Shown here: piece after piece, positions 10,373-24,200 of the stretch
Layout: each line of letters begins with the position of its first letter
How positions within the stretch are numbered: position 1 is the stretch's first letter
From: Nemertoderma westbladi
Lineage: Eukaryota; Animalia; Xenacoelomorpha
Direction of reading: 5' to 3'
NCBI GenBank assembly: GCA_032718475.1
Contig: JAUCBJ010008278.1
Coordinates: 13,376 to 77,375, forward strand
Length of the DNA stretch: 64,000 nucleotides
Notes under the pieces: generated by a model
Databases searched by the model: none
The model's input: the letters and a program-made list of their open reading frames with translations, nothing else
What the model was told of the DNA's origin: nothing
Made by a program: the position numbers and the translations under genes

Positions 10373-11094
10373 GCACTGACACAGTACGTGCACTGACACA
10401 GTACGTGCACTGACACAGTACGTGCACTGACACAGTACGTGCACTGACACAGTACGTGCACTGACACAGTACGTGCACTGACACAGTACGTGCACTGACA
10501 CAGTACGTGCACTGACACAGTACGTGCACTGAGACAGTACGTGAACTGACACTGTACGTGCACTGACACAGTACGTGCACTGACACAGTACGCGCGCTGA
10601 CACAGTACGTGCACTGACACAGTACGCGCACTGACACAGTACGTGCACTGACACAGTACGCGCACTGACACAGTACGCGCACTGACACAGTACGTGCACT
10701 GACACAGTACGTGCACTGACACAGTACGTGCACTGACACAGTACGTGCACTGACACAGTACGTGCACTGACACAGTACGTGCACTGACACAGTACGTGCA
10801 CTGATACAGTACGTGCACTGACACAGTACGTGCACTGACACAGTACGTGCACTGACACAGTACGTGAACTGAGACAGTACGTGAACTGACACAGTACGTG
10901 CACTGACACAGTACGTGCACTGACACTGTACGTGCACTGACACAGTACGTGCACTGACACAGTACGCGCGCTGACACAGTACGTGCACTGACACAGTACG
11001 TGCACTGACACAGTACGTGCACTGACACAGTACGTGCACTGACACAGTACGTGCACTGACACAGTACGTGCACTGACACAGTACGTGCACTGAC
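10373..11094. repeat. 17-bp minisatellite (GCACTGACACAGTACGT), ~42 copies
   Basis: Near-perfect tandem repeat with rare variant units (CGCGC, GAACT, GAGAC, ACTGTAC). Confidence 0.97.
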
Positions 11095-11619
11095 TATTCC
11101 TTTACAGAATCATTAAAGGATTTTCGAATTTCTTTTTCAAAATCATTATATTGCACTTTTCGTGACGCATTAATTTAACTTTTCTCGAGAATTTTTATAA
11201 AGGATCAATTCAGAAGTCCATCTAAAGAATTCCCTGGGTTTCCAAACTAAAAACCTAAACAAATAGGAAACGATTAAAGGAGGGGATACAATTTTAGTGA
11301 CAACAAATTACCGCGAAATAAAACGGGAGTAATATTGGTTTAAAACAAAATGTATTTTATACATCCCGCGCAAACTATCCGTCAATTTCCTGGTCGGTAA
11401 TCTCATTTCCAATGTTAATTTTAATATCTGGCGGAATTTAGCCTATCGGTCTGTATGTCCGTCTCGCTGTCCGTTTGTCAATCAGTTTTTCGTACAATCT
11501 ACAGGCATTTGACGACTCTAGGACTTTTTGTTAGTATGCCAGTCAGTCAGACTGTCCAATTGTCCATAAAAAACCTTTACATTCGGAAACAGTTTTTGAT
11601 GAGGGAAATCTTAATAGAA

Positions 11620-11815
11620 TAATGAACGATATCGCCAAAGAAATAATTTTCCACTTCATTTCAAATCAAATCTATTTTGGGCTCTATTTTGAGTTGAAAC
11701 GTTGGTTTTTGTTTGTATGTCTTATTATGTATTATGTATTTGTTATTATTTAATTTAATATTAATTTGATTTGAAATGAAGTGGAAAATTATTTCTTTGG
11801 CGATATCGTTCATTA
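11620..11815. repeat. Perfect 52-bp inverted repeat with 92-bp spacer (MITE-like or fold-back)
   Basis: 11620-11671 (taatgaacgatatcgccaaagaaataattttccacttcatttcaaatcaaat) is the exact reverse complement of 11764-11815. TA occurs at both extremes. Confidence 0.85.
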
Positions 11816-12564
11816 CAAACCTTTACTGCGTTTTACGACTTCCACTTTTTATCCCCGGAGTCAAAAACTCTTAGAATTCTTGGTTAGATTGTCTGAAAAA
11901 TGTTAACCCCAAGAGAATTAAAAGATTATATCATTTTTCTAGAAATCTAGAAGATTTTGAAATTCTGTTCTGGAATGAAAAGTACGAGCAGTGGAAAAAA
12001 TAAACGTAAAAAGATATGGCAATAGACCGCTATCCACCCCCCCCCCCCCCACCCCACCCCCCTTAAAACGAGCTTTTGTAGATTTGCGAACCCGCCTCTG
12101 CCATACTGTATTTTCTGTAATTATAAAACATATATTAATAACAATGTAATATTATATATTAGGCTAATATCGTGTACTGAATCAATCTAATCACCAGGAT
12201 TCTAAAATTCGCACTTCAATTATGAATTTAAAATTCTAATAAATATATACAGTTTGCCAATGAGTGCGTTTATATCCTAGGAAGGGATGTCGTTTGATTT
12301 AGAGACCGGATCATTCCTCAGTCCGACTCCGACTCCGACGCTGTCCGACTCGTAGGATAATGGAGACATCGCATTAATACTTGAATTATTATATTATTTA
12401 ATTATTAGTAGTGTTCATGTCTACACTTACATTATTAATTACAGATAACTTTTAGCGAAACACAAATTTAAACGGGTGACAAAAATACCAAAAATATGGA
12501 TATGTCCTCACCAGCAGCGATATGGAAATTTAAATCGAAACGGGGGTGGGGGGGGGGGGGGTCG

Positions 12565-12670
12565 CTGATTGGCCAGATCTCGTTGCTAGGGTTGGCCAGA
12601 TCTCGTTCTATGATTGGTCAGAGCTCGTCCTCTGGATTGTTGATCCGTCCTTGTGGATTGGCTATAACTT
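12565..12670. promoter_or_regulatory. ~22-bp degenerate repeat carrying reverse CCAAT boxes, followed by a TATA-like stretch
   Basis: ATTGG at 12568, 12613 and 12657, with variants GTTGG (12591) and ATTGT (12636), then ctataa at ~12662. Promoter function is inference. Confidence 0.3.
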
Positions 12671-12947
12671 ATATTTGGTTCACATTAATCAAATGAAGTC
12701 TATCAGTGTTTAGCTTGCAGCAAGCATAGTGAAGAAACGACGAGACCTCAGGGCCAACGCATGCATTATTATTCACAATGGCAGTATGAGTTGTATTTGA
12801 CATAATGAATACTTTAACTTCAAAGTAGTAGTCGCAAATTTCACGAGGATTTCATGAGGATTTTGTTTTATATATGTTAATCCAATTAATAAGTGATATT
12901 AATTATGGGATATGCGGTAGTAATTGTTAGATTTGTCATAATATTTT

Positions 12948-14421
12948 ACTAGTGACGGGCCTAGCGGCCCGATAAGGAACCGACTTTTTATTTTAATAAA
13001 AGAGACAACGAGAACTAGTATAGAACTAATAATTATGTAAAAATTCAATCATATTTCATACAATAATTATTAATAAATTAGATCTATTATTAGTTGCTCA
13101 ATTCTAGAACAAAATCGACCTGCAACTAGTGAAGACCTCGTTTTGGAATTTCGAAACCACGCTGGTGCGATGCGCGATATCGTGTTTAGTTAATAAATTG
13201 AAAACTCAATTCATGTGCAACCAGTAATAAGAAATCGCTATAAATGTAATTAAATAAAAATTATTCTAGAAAAATTTTCCTCAAAACGTATGAAGTCTTG
13301 GCATTGGTGACGCGAAACTAGGCTAGTGAGATTCAGGATATTGCGTTTAATATAAAAATCGAAAACGCTATCGAATTCCGTAAAGGCGTTAATAAAATAC
13401 TGCAACTTTTTTGAAATTTGTAAAATTCTAGAACTAGAAAAAATTTATTTTTGAACGGCGCTGTTTGGGTTTTCGAAACATGGATAGGCTGAAAGAGGAC
13501 ATCGAATTAAGTTGAAAAATAAAAACCCCATCGAATTTGGACAAAGCGTTCCGGAGTTATAGCGGATCGAAAAAAATTGACCCCCCCCCCAGTCGCCAAA
13601 AATTTACAGTAATTTAAAATTTTGCAAAAAAAATTTTTTGCGTTATTTTTGATGGCGAATCGATTGGCAGTACTGGCTACGAAAAATTTTTTTTGAAATT
13701 TTTGGTCAGAAAAAAAAACATGGAAAAAGTATCTTTTTAAAAAGATTTGATGTCTTTGCCTATGGTCAGAGAATGATCCAACTCTGTAACTTGGCAATCG
13801 CTCAAATCCATTCAGCTGAATGGCACAGTAGAGTAAACTAAAGTAAATTCCCTATACAATGTTCTGAAGGGGAGACTGACTGAGAGTAATCCAACAATAA
13901 AACATTTTGCAATAATGTTGGCATTAATGTAGCCAACCACTCACTGTGTACTTAAGTCATTCAGCTTACATTAGCAGAGTAAGATATTCGCATAGAATGC
14001 ATTGGGAAGAGTAATTCAGCTGAGGCGATAAACTAAACCAACCAGTTAATATTTGCTTTGACAGAGTGTCCTAGGGCCTAAACAAACAGTATGGGTGTAC
14101 TAAGTACAATAATCTTGGCAACCTCATCGATTTATACTAAGCCTTGTGTAGAAATCCATTACATAAGCCATTTTTCATCACGACACCAGCTGTTATTGGT
14201 GTTATTTTACCATTGCGCCTATGGCGTTTTTTCGTTTATGTCTATTTTTCGAGCCCACGGCTCATGGACGAAATAGCGGAACATACCAGGGACCTTAGAA
14301 TCGCGGTATCCAGCCGCTGTGAAAATTTCATCAAAATCGTTAGAGTAGTTTTGGCTATAGATTAACCAGCCAGCCAGTCAGCCACGAGCAATTCTTACAG
14401 TAATGAACCTCTCGGTTCCTA
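12948..14421 (-). mobile_element. Representative family A unit with AT-rich interior (A1, ~1.47 kb)
   Basis: Plus strand starts actagtgacgggcctagcggcccgataaggaaccga and ends gaacctctcggttccta. SubTIR AGGAACCGA; hairpins CGGGCC-TAGC-GGCCCG and GAACC-TCTC-GGTTC. Confidence 0.85.
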
Positions 14422-15516
14422 ACTAGTGACGGGCCTAGCGGCCCGATAAGGAACCGACTTTTTATTTTAAATAAAAGAGACAACGAGAATTAGTATAGAA
14501 CTAATAATTATGTAAAAATACAATCATATTTCATACAATAATTATTAATAAATTCGATCTATTATTAGTTGCTCCATTCTAGAACAAAATCGACCTGCAA
14601 CTAGTGAAGACCTCGTTTTGGAATTTCGAAACCACGCTGGTGCGATGCGCGATATCGTGTTTAGTTAATAAATTGATAACTCCATCAATTCATGTGCATC
14701 CAGTAATAAGAAATCGCGATAAATGTAATTAAATAAAAATTATTCTAGAAAAATTTTCCTCAAAAAGTATGAAGTCTTGGCATTGGTGGCGCGAAACTAG
14801 GCTAGTGAGATTCAGGATATTGCGTGTAATATAAAAATCGAAAACGCTATCGAATTCCGTAAAGGCGTTAATAAAATACTGCAACTTTTTTGAAATTTGT
14901 AAAATTCTAGAACTAGAAAAAATTAATTTTTGAACGGCGCTGTTTGGGGTTTCGAAACATGGATAGGCTGAAAGAGGACATCGAATTAAGTTGAAAAATG
15001 AAAACCCCATCGAATTTGGACAAAGCGTTCCGGAGTTATAGCGGATCGAAAAAAATTGACCCCCCCCCAGTCGCCAAAAATTTACAGTAATTTAAAATTT
15101 TGCAAAAAAAATTTTTTGCGTTATTTTTGATGGCGAATCGATTGGCAGTACTGGCTACGAAAAATTTTTTTTTGAAATTTTTGGTCAGAAAAAAAACATG
15201 GAAAAAGTATATTTTTAAAAAGATTTGATGTCTTTGCATGATGGTCAGAGAATGATCCAACTCTGTACTTGGCAATCGCTCAAATCCATTCAGCTGAATG
15301 GCACAGTAGAGTAAACTAAAGTAAATTCCCTATACAATGTTCTGAAGGGGAGACTGACAGAGAGTATTCCAACAATAAAACATTTTGCAATAATGTTGGC
15401 ATTAATGTAGCCAACACACTGTGTACTTAAGTCATTCAGCTTACATTAGCAGAGTGAGATATTCGCATAGAACGCATTGGGAAGAGTAATTCAGCTGAGG
15501 CAATATTAGATTTCAA

Positions 15517-18500
15517 ACTAAACCAACGAGTTAATGTTTGCTTTGACAGAGAGTGGTGGCCTATACAAACAGTATGGGTGTACTGAGTATAATAATCTTG
15601 GCAACCTCATCGATTTATTACTAAGCCTTCTGTAGAAATGCATTACATAAGCCATTTTTCATCACGACACCAGCTGTTATTGGTGTTATTTTACCATTGC
15701 GCCAATGGCGTTTTTTCGTTTATGTCTATTTTTCGAGCCCACGGCTCATGGACGAAATAGCGGAACATACCAGGGACCTTAGAATCGCGGTATCTAGCCG
15801 CTGTGAAAATTTCATCAAAATCGTTAGAGTAGTTTTGGCTGTAGATTAGCCAGTCAGCCAACAATTCTTACAGTAATGAACCTCTCGGTTCCTAACTAGT
15901 GACGGGCCTAGCGGCCCGATAAGGAACCGACTTTTTATTTCAAATAAAAGAGACAACGAGCTCGGCTCAGTCTGGCACGATTGGGCTCGATTCAGTTTGA
16001 CTTGGCTTGATCGGCTCGACTTGGCTCAATTGGGCTCGACTCGGGTCGATAGGGCTCGACTCGGCTCGATTGGGCTCGAAACGGCTCGATTGGGATTGAT
16101 TGGGCTTGACTCGGCTCGATTTGGCTCAACTTGGCTCAGTCCGGCTTGATTGGGCTCGTCTGGGCTCGGTCCGGCTCAATTGGGCTAGACCAGGCTTGAT
16201 TGGGCACGACTCGGCTCTATTGGGCTCGACTTGATTCGATTGGGCTTTGACTCGGCTCAGTCTGGCTCGACTTGGCTTGATTGGGCTCAACTCGGCTCCG
16301 TCCGGCTCAATTTGGCATGACACGGCTCGACTCGGCTCGATAGGGCTTGGCTCGGCTCGGTCTGAGTCGACTCAGCTCGATTCGGCTCAATCGGCTCGAT
16401 TGGGTTCGACTGGGTTCGGTCCGGCTCGACTTGGCTCAATTGGGCTCGATTCGGATCAATCCGCTCGACTCGGCTCGACTGGGATTGATTGGGCTTGACT
16501 CGGCTCGATTTGGCTCAACTTGGCTCAGTCTGGCTCGATTGGGCTCAACTTGGCTCGGTCCGGCTCAATTGGGCTCGACTAGGATTGATTGGGCTCGACT
16601 CGGCTCTATTGGGCTAAACTCGACTCGATTTGGCTTGACTCGGCTCAGTCTGGCTCGACTCGGCTTGATTGGGCTCAACTCGGCTTTGACTCGGCTCGAT
16701 TGGGCTCGACTCGGCTTGATCGCTTCAATTGGTTCTATTCGGCTCGATCGGTATGATTTGGCTCGATTGACACCCACTGCTGGAAGGGTCAAAGCCAAAC
16801 TCACGTGCTGCTAGAATGGACAAAGTCAAACATTGTGTCTAATATTTGATTAACTCACGTGCTGCTCGAAGGGCGCAACTACATATATCGAAACAAGCCC
16901 CTGTCTTGTATTTTAATAATAATATACACTCCCCAACGGGGTAAATGAAATTCGGTAAAATCATATTATTATTTTATCAATAAAATAGATATAAAATAAA
17001 AATAAATCAATTTGTATTTTAATTATATCAGAAATCGTTGCCATGCATAATGCACTATATTTGGGTCCCATGACCCACCCCATTGAACATCTTTGCTTAC
17101 ATCTGATAGAGAGCAATCCCAAATTAACTTCCCTCTACGAAAATTATTTTAATTAAATACATGCAACATAGCAGTCTACTCTACAGTCAACAGTAGTAGG
17201 CCTACACAATAACTAAAATGGCATTCAGCTTACCAGCTATTCGCATTAAGCTAATAGATATTCGATTTCATTGGATTCAGTGAGTGTGTGAGGGCTATTG
17301 GGAGAGCAATCAGCTTATGATGTAATACATTAGAATCCCACGGCTTTTGTTTGCTTACTGTCTGAGTTGTAGAGTGAGGATAATACTTGGCAGAGAAAGC
17401 ATTTCCTTGTTAGGTGGCCATTCCTATAGAATAGCATTACTAGGCTATCTCTATCCATTTTTCATGAGTGCCAGCTGGTGTTTTTATCATTGCGCCTATG
17501 GCGTTTTTTCGTTTATGTCTATTTGTCGAGCCCACGGCTCATGGACGAAATAGCGGAACATACCAGGGACCTTAGAATCGCGGTATCTAGCCGCTGTTAA
17601 AATTTCATCAAAATCGTTAGAGTAGTTTTGTCTGTAGATCAGTCAGTCAGCCAGTCTCGAGCAATTCTTACAGTAATGAACCTCTCGGTTCCTAACTAGA
17701 GACGGCGTCAAGACGCCGTTAAGCAAGTCGGAAGTCATCAATCAAATATAAATTCCCTCAACAATGTTTACCTATGGTCAGAATGGAAGGGCTATTTACC
17801 TATGGTCAGAGAGAGATCCCACTCTGTAATTTGGCAATTGCTCAAATTCATTCAGTTGAATGGCACAGTAGAGTGAACTAAACTAAATTCCCTCAACAAT
17901 GTTTGGCTATGGTCTGAAAGAACTAACAGTCATTCAGCTTGCACAATGTCAATCACCTACAGTATAAAACATTTAGAATGCCACAGTGTGTATCCTGATA
18001 CAGATAATAAGCAGTGATATATATATTTCAAACTATAATGTTAGTGTTAGCCTTACACAGTATCAGTATGAGGCTGAGTAAACATTCCACCTTATAAGCA
18101 TACTGCCTCCACAGAATTAATGTTGGCCGAAAGATTTAAAAATAAAACAATTATTATTATAAATACAGTGCAATCCAATAGTACCCAACACACTGTGTAA
18201 CTAACAGTCAATCAGCTTACACGTCAATTAACATAGAAGAGAGAGTAACCTTGTAGATCGCCATAGAAAGCATTGGGAAGAGTTATTCAGCTGAGGCTGT
18301 AATAGCCGGCTAACCCAGTGAATGATTATAAAGTTGGCACTGTATGTACTTCCTTGTTAGGTGGCTCCCTATAGAATAGCAAACCAACCAGTTGATGTTT
18401 GTTTGCACAGAGTGGTTGGTAGGGCCTAAACAAACAGTATGGGTGTACTGAGTATAATACTCTTGGCAACCTCATCTATTTAATACTAAGCCTTGTGTAG

Positions 18501-21500
18501 AATTGCATTACATAAGTCATTTTTCATCAGGACACCAGCTGTCACGGGTGTTATTTTACCATTGCGCCTATGGCGTTTTTTTCGTTTATCTCTATTTTTC
18601 GAGCCCAGAGGCTATGGACGGAGTAGCCGATCATGCCAGGGACCTTAGAATCGCGGTATCTAGATGCTGTGAAAATTTCATCAAAATCGTTAGAGTAGTT
18701 TTGGCTGTAGATCAGCCAGCCAGCCAGCCAGCCAGTCAGCCAGCCAGCCAGCCAGTCAGTCAGTCAACAATTCTTACAGTAATCAAGTCTAACGACTTGA
18801 ACGACTTGACGACTAAACCAACGAGTTAATGTTTGCTTTGACAGAGAGTGGTGGCCTATACAAACAGTATGGGTGTACTGAGTATAATAATCTTGGCAAC
18901 CTCATCGATTTATTACTAAGCCTTCTGTAGAAATGCATTACATAAGCCATTTTTCATCACGACACCAGCTGTTATTGGTGTTATTTTACCATTGCGCCAA
19001 TGGCGTTTTTTCGTTTATGTCTATTTTTCGAGCCCACGGCTCATGGACGAAATAGCGGAACATACCAGGGACCTTAGAATCGCGGTATCTAGCCGCTGTG
19101 AAAATTTCATCAAAATCGTTAGAGTAGTTTTGGCTGTAGATTAGCCAGTCAGCCAACAATTCTTACAGTAATGAACCTCTCGGTTCCTAACTAGTGACGG
19201 GCCTAGCGGCCCGATAAGGAACCGACTTTTTATTTCAAATAAAAGAGACAACGAGCTCGGCTCAGTCTGGCACGATTGGGCTCGATTCAGTTTGACTTGG
19301 CTTGATCGGCTCGACTTGGCTCAATTGGGCTCGACTCGGGTCGATAGGGCTCGACTCGGCTCGATTGGGCTCGAAACGGCTCGATTGGGATTGATTGGGC
19401 TTGACTCGGCTCGATTTGGCTCAACTTGGCTCAGTCCGGCTTGATTGGGCTCGTCTGGGCTCGGTCCGGCTCAATTGGGCTAGACCAGGCTTGATTGGGC
19501 ACGACTCGGCTCTATTGGGCTCGACTTGATTCGATTGGGCTTTGACTCGGCTCAGTCTGGCTCGACTTGGCTTGATTGGGCTCAACTCGGCTCCGTCCGG
19601 CTCAATTTGGCATGACACGGCTCGACTCGGCTCGATAGGGCTTGGCTCGGCTCGGTCTGAGTCGACTCAGCTCGATTCGGCTCAATCGGCTCGATTGGGT
19701 TCGACTGGGTTCGGTCCGGCTCGACTTGGCTCAATTGGGCTCGATTCGGATCAATCCGCTCGACTCGGCTCGACTGGGATTGATTGGGCTTGACTCGGCT
19801 CGATTTGGCTCAACTTGGCTCAGTCTGGCTCGATTGGGCTCAACTTGGCTCGGTCCGGCTCAATTGGGCTCGACTAGGATTGATTGGGCTCGACTCGGCT
19901 CTATTGGGCTAAACTCGACTCGATTTGGCTTGACTCGGCTCAGTCTGGCTCGACTCGGCTTGATTGGGCTCAACTCGGCTTTGACTCGGCTCGATTGGGC
20001 TCGACTCGGCTTGATCGCTTCAATTGGTTCTATTCGGCTCGATCGGTATGATTTGGCTCGATTGACACCCACTGCTGGAAGGGTCAAAGCCAAACTCACG
20101 TGCTGCTAGAATGGACAAAGTCAAACATTGTGTCTAATATTTGATTAACTCACGTGCTGCTCGAAGGGCGCAACTACATATATCGAAACAAGCCCCTGTC
20201 TTGTATTTTAATAATAATATACACTCCCCAACGGGGTAAATGAAATTCGGTAAAATCATATTATTATTTTATCAATAAAATAGATATAAAATAAAAATAA
20301 ATCAATTTGTATTTTAATTATATCAGAAATCGTTGCCATGCATAATGCACTATATTTGGGTCCCATGACCCACCCCATTGAACATCTTTGCTTACATCTG
20401 ATAGAGAGCAATCCCAAATTAACTTCCCTCTACGAAAATTATTTTAATTAAATACATGCAACATAGCAGTCTACTCTACAGTCAACAGTAGTAGGCCTAC
20501 ACAATAACTAAAATGGCATTCAGCTTACCAGCTATTCGCATTAAGCTAATAGATATTCGATTTCATTGGATTCAGTGAGTGTGTGAGGGCTATTGGGAGA
20601 GCAATCAGCTTATGATGTAATACATTAGAATCCCACGGCTTTTGTTTGCTTACTGTCTGAGTTGTAGAGTGAGGATAATACTTGGCAGAGAAAGCATTTC
20701 CTTGTTAGGTGGCCATTCCTATAGAATAGCATTACTAGGCTATCTCTATCCATTTTTCATGAGTGCCAGCTGGTGTTTTTATCATTGCGCCTATGGCGTT
20801 TTTTCGTTTATGTCTATTTGTCGAGCCCACGGCTCATGGACGAAATAGCGGAACATACCAGGGACCTTAGAATCGCGGTATCTAGCCGCTGTTAAAATTT
20901 CATCAAAATCGTTAGAGTAGTTTTGTCTGTAGATCAGTCAGTCAGCCAGTCTCGAGCAATTCTTACAGTAATGAACCTCTCGGTTCCTAACTAGAGACGG
21001 CGTCAAGACGCCGTTAAGCAAGTCGGAAGTCATCAATCAAATATAAATTCCCTCAACAATGTTTACCTATGGTCAGAATGGAAGGGCTATTTACCTATGG
21101 TCAGAGAGAGATCCCACTCTGTAATTTGGCAATTGCTCAAATTCATTCAGTTGAATGGCACAGTAGAGTGAACTAAACTAAATTCCCTCAACAATGTTTG
21201 GCTATGGTCTGAAAGAACTAACAGTCATTCAGCTTGCACAATGTCAATCACCTACAGTATAAAACATTTAGAATGCCACAGTGTGTATCCTGATACAGAT
21301 AATAAGCAGTGATATATATATTTCAAACTATAATGTTAGTGTTAGCCTTACACAGTATCAGTATGAGGCTGAGTAAACATTCCACCTTATAAGCATACTG
21401 CCTCCACAGAATTAATGTTGGCCGAAAGATTTAAAAATAAAACAATTATTATTATAAATACAGTGCAATCCAATAGTACCCAACACACTGTGTAACTAAC

Positions 21501-22094
21501 AGTCAATCAGCTTACACGTCAATTAACATAGAAGAGAGAGTAACCTTGTAGATCGCCATAGAAAGCATTGGGAAGAGTTATTCAGCTGAGGCTGTAATAG
21601 CCGGCTAACCCAGTGAATGATTATAAAGTTGGCACTGTATGTACTTCCTTGTTAGGTGGCTCCCTATAGAATAGCAAACCAACCAGTTGATGTTTGTTTG
21701 CACAGAGTGGTTGGTAGGGCCTAAACAAACAGTATGGGTGTACTGAGTATAATACTCTTGGCAACCTCATCTATTTAATACTAAGCCTTGTGTAGAATTG
21801 CATTACATAAGTCATTTTTCATCAGGACACCAGCTGTCACGGGTGTTATTTTACCATTGCGCCTATGGCGTTTTTTTCGTTTATCTCTATTTTTCGAGCC
21901 CAGAGGCTATGGACGGAGTAGCCGATCATGCCAGGGACCTTAGAATCGCGGTATCTAGATGCTGTGAAAATTTCATCAAAATCGTTAGAGTAGTTTTGGC
22001 TGTAGATCAGCCAGCCAGCCAGCCAGCCAGTCAGCCAGCCAGCCAGCCAGTCAGTCAGTCAACAATTCTTACAGTAATCAAGTCTAACGACTTG
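15517..22094. repeat. Tandem 3,295-bp higher-order duplication (15517-18799 repeated at 18812-22094)
   Basis: Near-identical ORF-track entries offset by 3,295 (16126/19421, 17347/20642, 18503/21798) and shared private variants. Confidence 0.92.
15895..17694 (-). mobile_element. Representative family A unit with degenerate GGCTC satellite interior (A2, 1.8 kb)
   Basis: Same A termini. The interior is ~800 bp of 5/10-bp periodic GGCTC/GATTG/GACTC repeat, then CTCACGTGCTGCT repeats and a distinct unique block. Confidence 0.82.
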
Positions 22095-22097
22095 CTA
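20990..22097 (-). mobile_element. Representative family B unit (B1, ~1.11 kb)
   Basis: Plus strand starts actagagacggcgtcaagacgccgttaagcaagtcgg and ends caagtctaacgacttgcta. SubTIR AGCAAGTCG; hairpins ACGGCGTC-AA-GACGCCGT and CAAGTC-TAAC-GACTTG. Confidence 0.85.
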
Positions 22098-23709
22098 ACT
22101 AGTGACGGGCCTAGCGGCCCGATAAGGAACCGACTTTTTATTTCAAATAAAAGAGACAACGAGAATTATTATAGAACTAATAATTATGTAAAAATACAAT
22201 CTTATTTCATACAATAATTAAATAAATTCGATCTATTATTAGTTACTCAATTCTAGAACAAAATTGACCTGCAACTAGTGAAGACCTCGTTTTGGAATTT
22301 CGAAACCACGCTGGTGCGATGCGCGATATCGTGTTTAGTTAATAAATTGAAAACTCCATCAATTCAAGTGCAACCAGTAATAAGAAATCGCGATAAATGT
22401 AATTAAATAAAAATTATTCTAGAAAAATTTTCCTCAAAAAGTATGAAGTCTTGGCGTTGGTGACGCGAAACTAGGCTAGTGAGATTCAGGATATTGCGTT
22501 TAATATAAAAATCGAAAACGCTATCGAATTCCGTAAAGGGGTTAATAAAATACTGCAACTTTTTTGAAATTTGTAAAATTCTAGAACTGGAAAAAATTAA
22601 TTTTTGAACGGCGCTGTTTGGGGTTTGGAAACATGGATAGGCTGAAAGAGGACATCAAATTAAGTTGAAAAATGAAAACCCCATCGAATTTGGACAAAGC
22701 ATTCCGGAGTTATAGCGGATCGAAAAAAATTGACCCCCCCCAGTCGCCAAAAATTTACAGTAATTTAAAATTTTGCAAAAAAAATTTTTTGCGTTATTTT
22801 TGATGGCGAATCGATTGGCAGTACTGGCTACGAAAAATTTTTTTTTGAAATTTTTGGTCAGAAAAAAAACATGGAAAAAGTATATTTTTAAAAACATTTG
22901 ATGTCTTTGCCTATGGTCAGAGAATGATCCAACTCTGTAACTTGGCAATCGCTCAAATCCATTCAGCTGAATGGCACAGTAGAGTAAACTAAAGTAAGTT
23001 CCCTATACAATGTTCTGAAGGGGTGACTGACAGAGAGTAATCCAACAATAAAACATTTTGCAATAATGTTGGCATTAATGTAGCCAACTCACTGTGTAAG
23101 TAACAGTCATTCAGCTTACATTAGCAGAGTGAGATATTCCCATACAATGCATTGGGAAGAGTAATTCAGCTGAGGCGATATTAGATTTCAAACTAAAGCA
23201 ACCAGTTAATATTTGCTTTGACAGAGTGTCCTAGGGCCTAAACAAACAGTATGGGTGTACTGAGTACAATAATCTTGGCAACCTCATCGATTTATACTAA
23301 GCCTTGTGTAGAAATCCATTACATAAGCCATTTTTCATCACGACACCAGCTGTTATTGGTGTTATTTTACCATTGCGCCTATGGCGTTTTTTCGTTTATG
23401 TCTATTTTTCGAGCCCACGGCTCATGGACGAAATAGCGGAACATACCAGGGACCTTAGAATCGCGGTATCTAGCCGCTGTGAAAATTTCATCAAAATCGT
23501 TAGAGTAGTTTTGGCTGTGGGTCAGTCAGTCAGTCAGTCAGCCAGTCAATCAATCAGCAAACAATTCTTACAGTAATGAACCTTTCGGTTCCTAACTAGT
23601 GACGGGCCTAGCGGCCCGATAAGGAACCGACTTTTTATTTCAAATAAAAGAGACAACAAGCTCGGATCGGTCTTGCACGATTGGGCACGATTAAGTTCGA
23701 ATTGGCTTG

Positions 23710-24200
23710 ATCGGCTCGGCTCGGCTCGGTTCGGTTCGGCTCGGCTCGGCTCGGCTCGGCTCGGCTCGGCTCGGTTTGGCTCGGCTCGGCTCGGCTTGGC
23801 TTGGCTCGGCTCGGCTCGGTTCGGCTCGGCTCGGCTCGGCTCGGCTCGGTTCGGCTCGGCTCGGCTCGGCTCGGCTCGGCTCGGCTTGGCTTGGCTCGGT
23901 TCGGCTTGGCTCGGCTCGGCTCGGCTCGGCTCGGCTTGGCTCGGCTCGGCTCGGCTCGGCTCGGCTCGGCTTGGCTCGGCTCGGTTCGGCTCGGCTCGGT
24001 TAGGCTCGGCTCGGCTCGGTTCGGCTCGGCTCGGCTCGGCTCGGCTCGGCTCGGCTCGGCTCGGCTCGGCTCGGCTCGGCTCTGCTCGGCTCAGGCTCGG
24101 CTCGGCTCGGCTCGGCTCGGCTCGGCTCGGCTCGGCTCGGCTCGGCTCGGCTCGGCTCGGCTCGGCTCGGCTCGGCTCGGCTTGGCTCGGCTCGGCTCGG
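23710..24200. repeat. Near-perfect (GGCTC)n pentanucleotide tract, ~98 units
   Basis: Read directly; occasional GGCTT/GGTTC variants. Confidence 0.95.

Noticed and set aside
10251-11090. Cys-rich 246-279-aa ORFs resembling metallothionein or Zn-finger repeats
   Set aside because: All three minus frames give the same peptide because the 17-bp unit is stop-free. This is a minisatellite artefact.
12320-12350. Short (TCCGAC)n run suggestive of a MITE end
   Set aside because: No matching inverted partner or TSD was found in the window.
6148-12560. Poly-C/poly-G tracts (~6148, 6258, 9805, 12036, 12542) as functional G-quadruplex elements
   Set aside because: Simple homopolymers with no supporting context, and their lengths are unreliable in sequencing.
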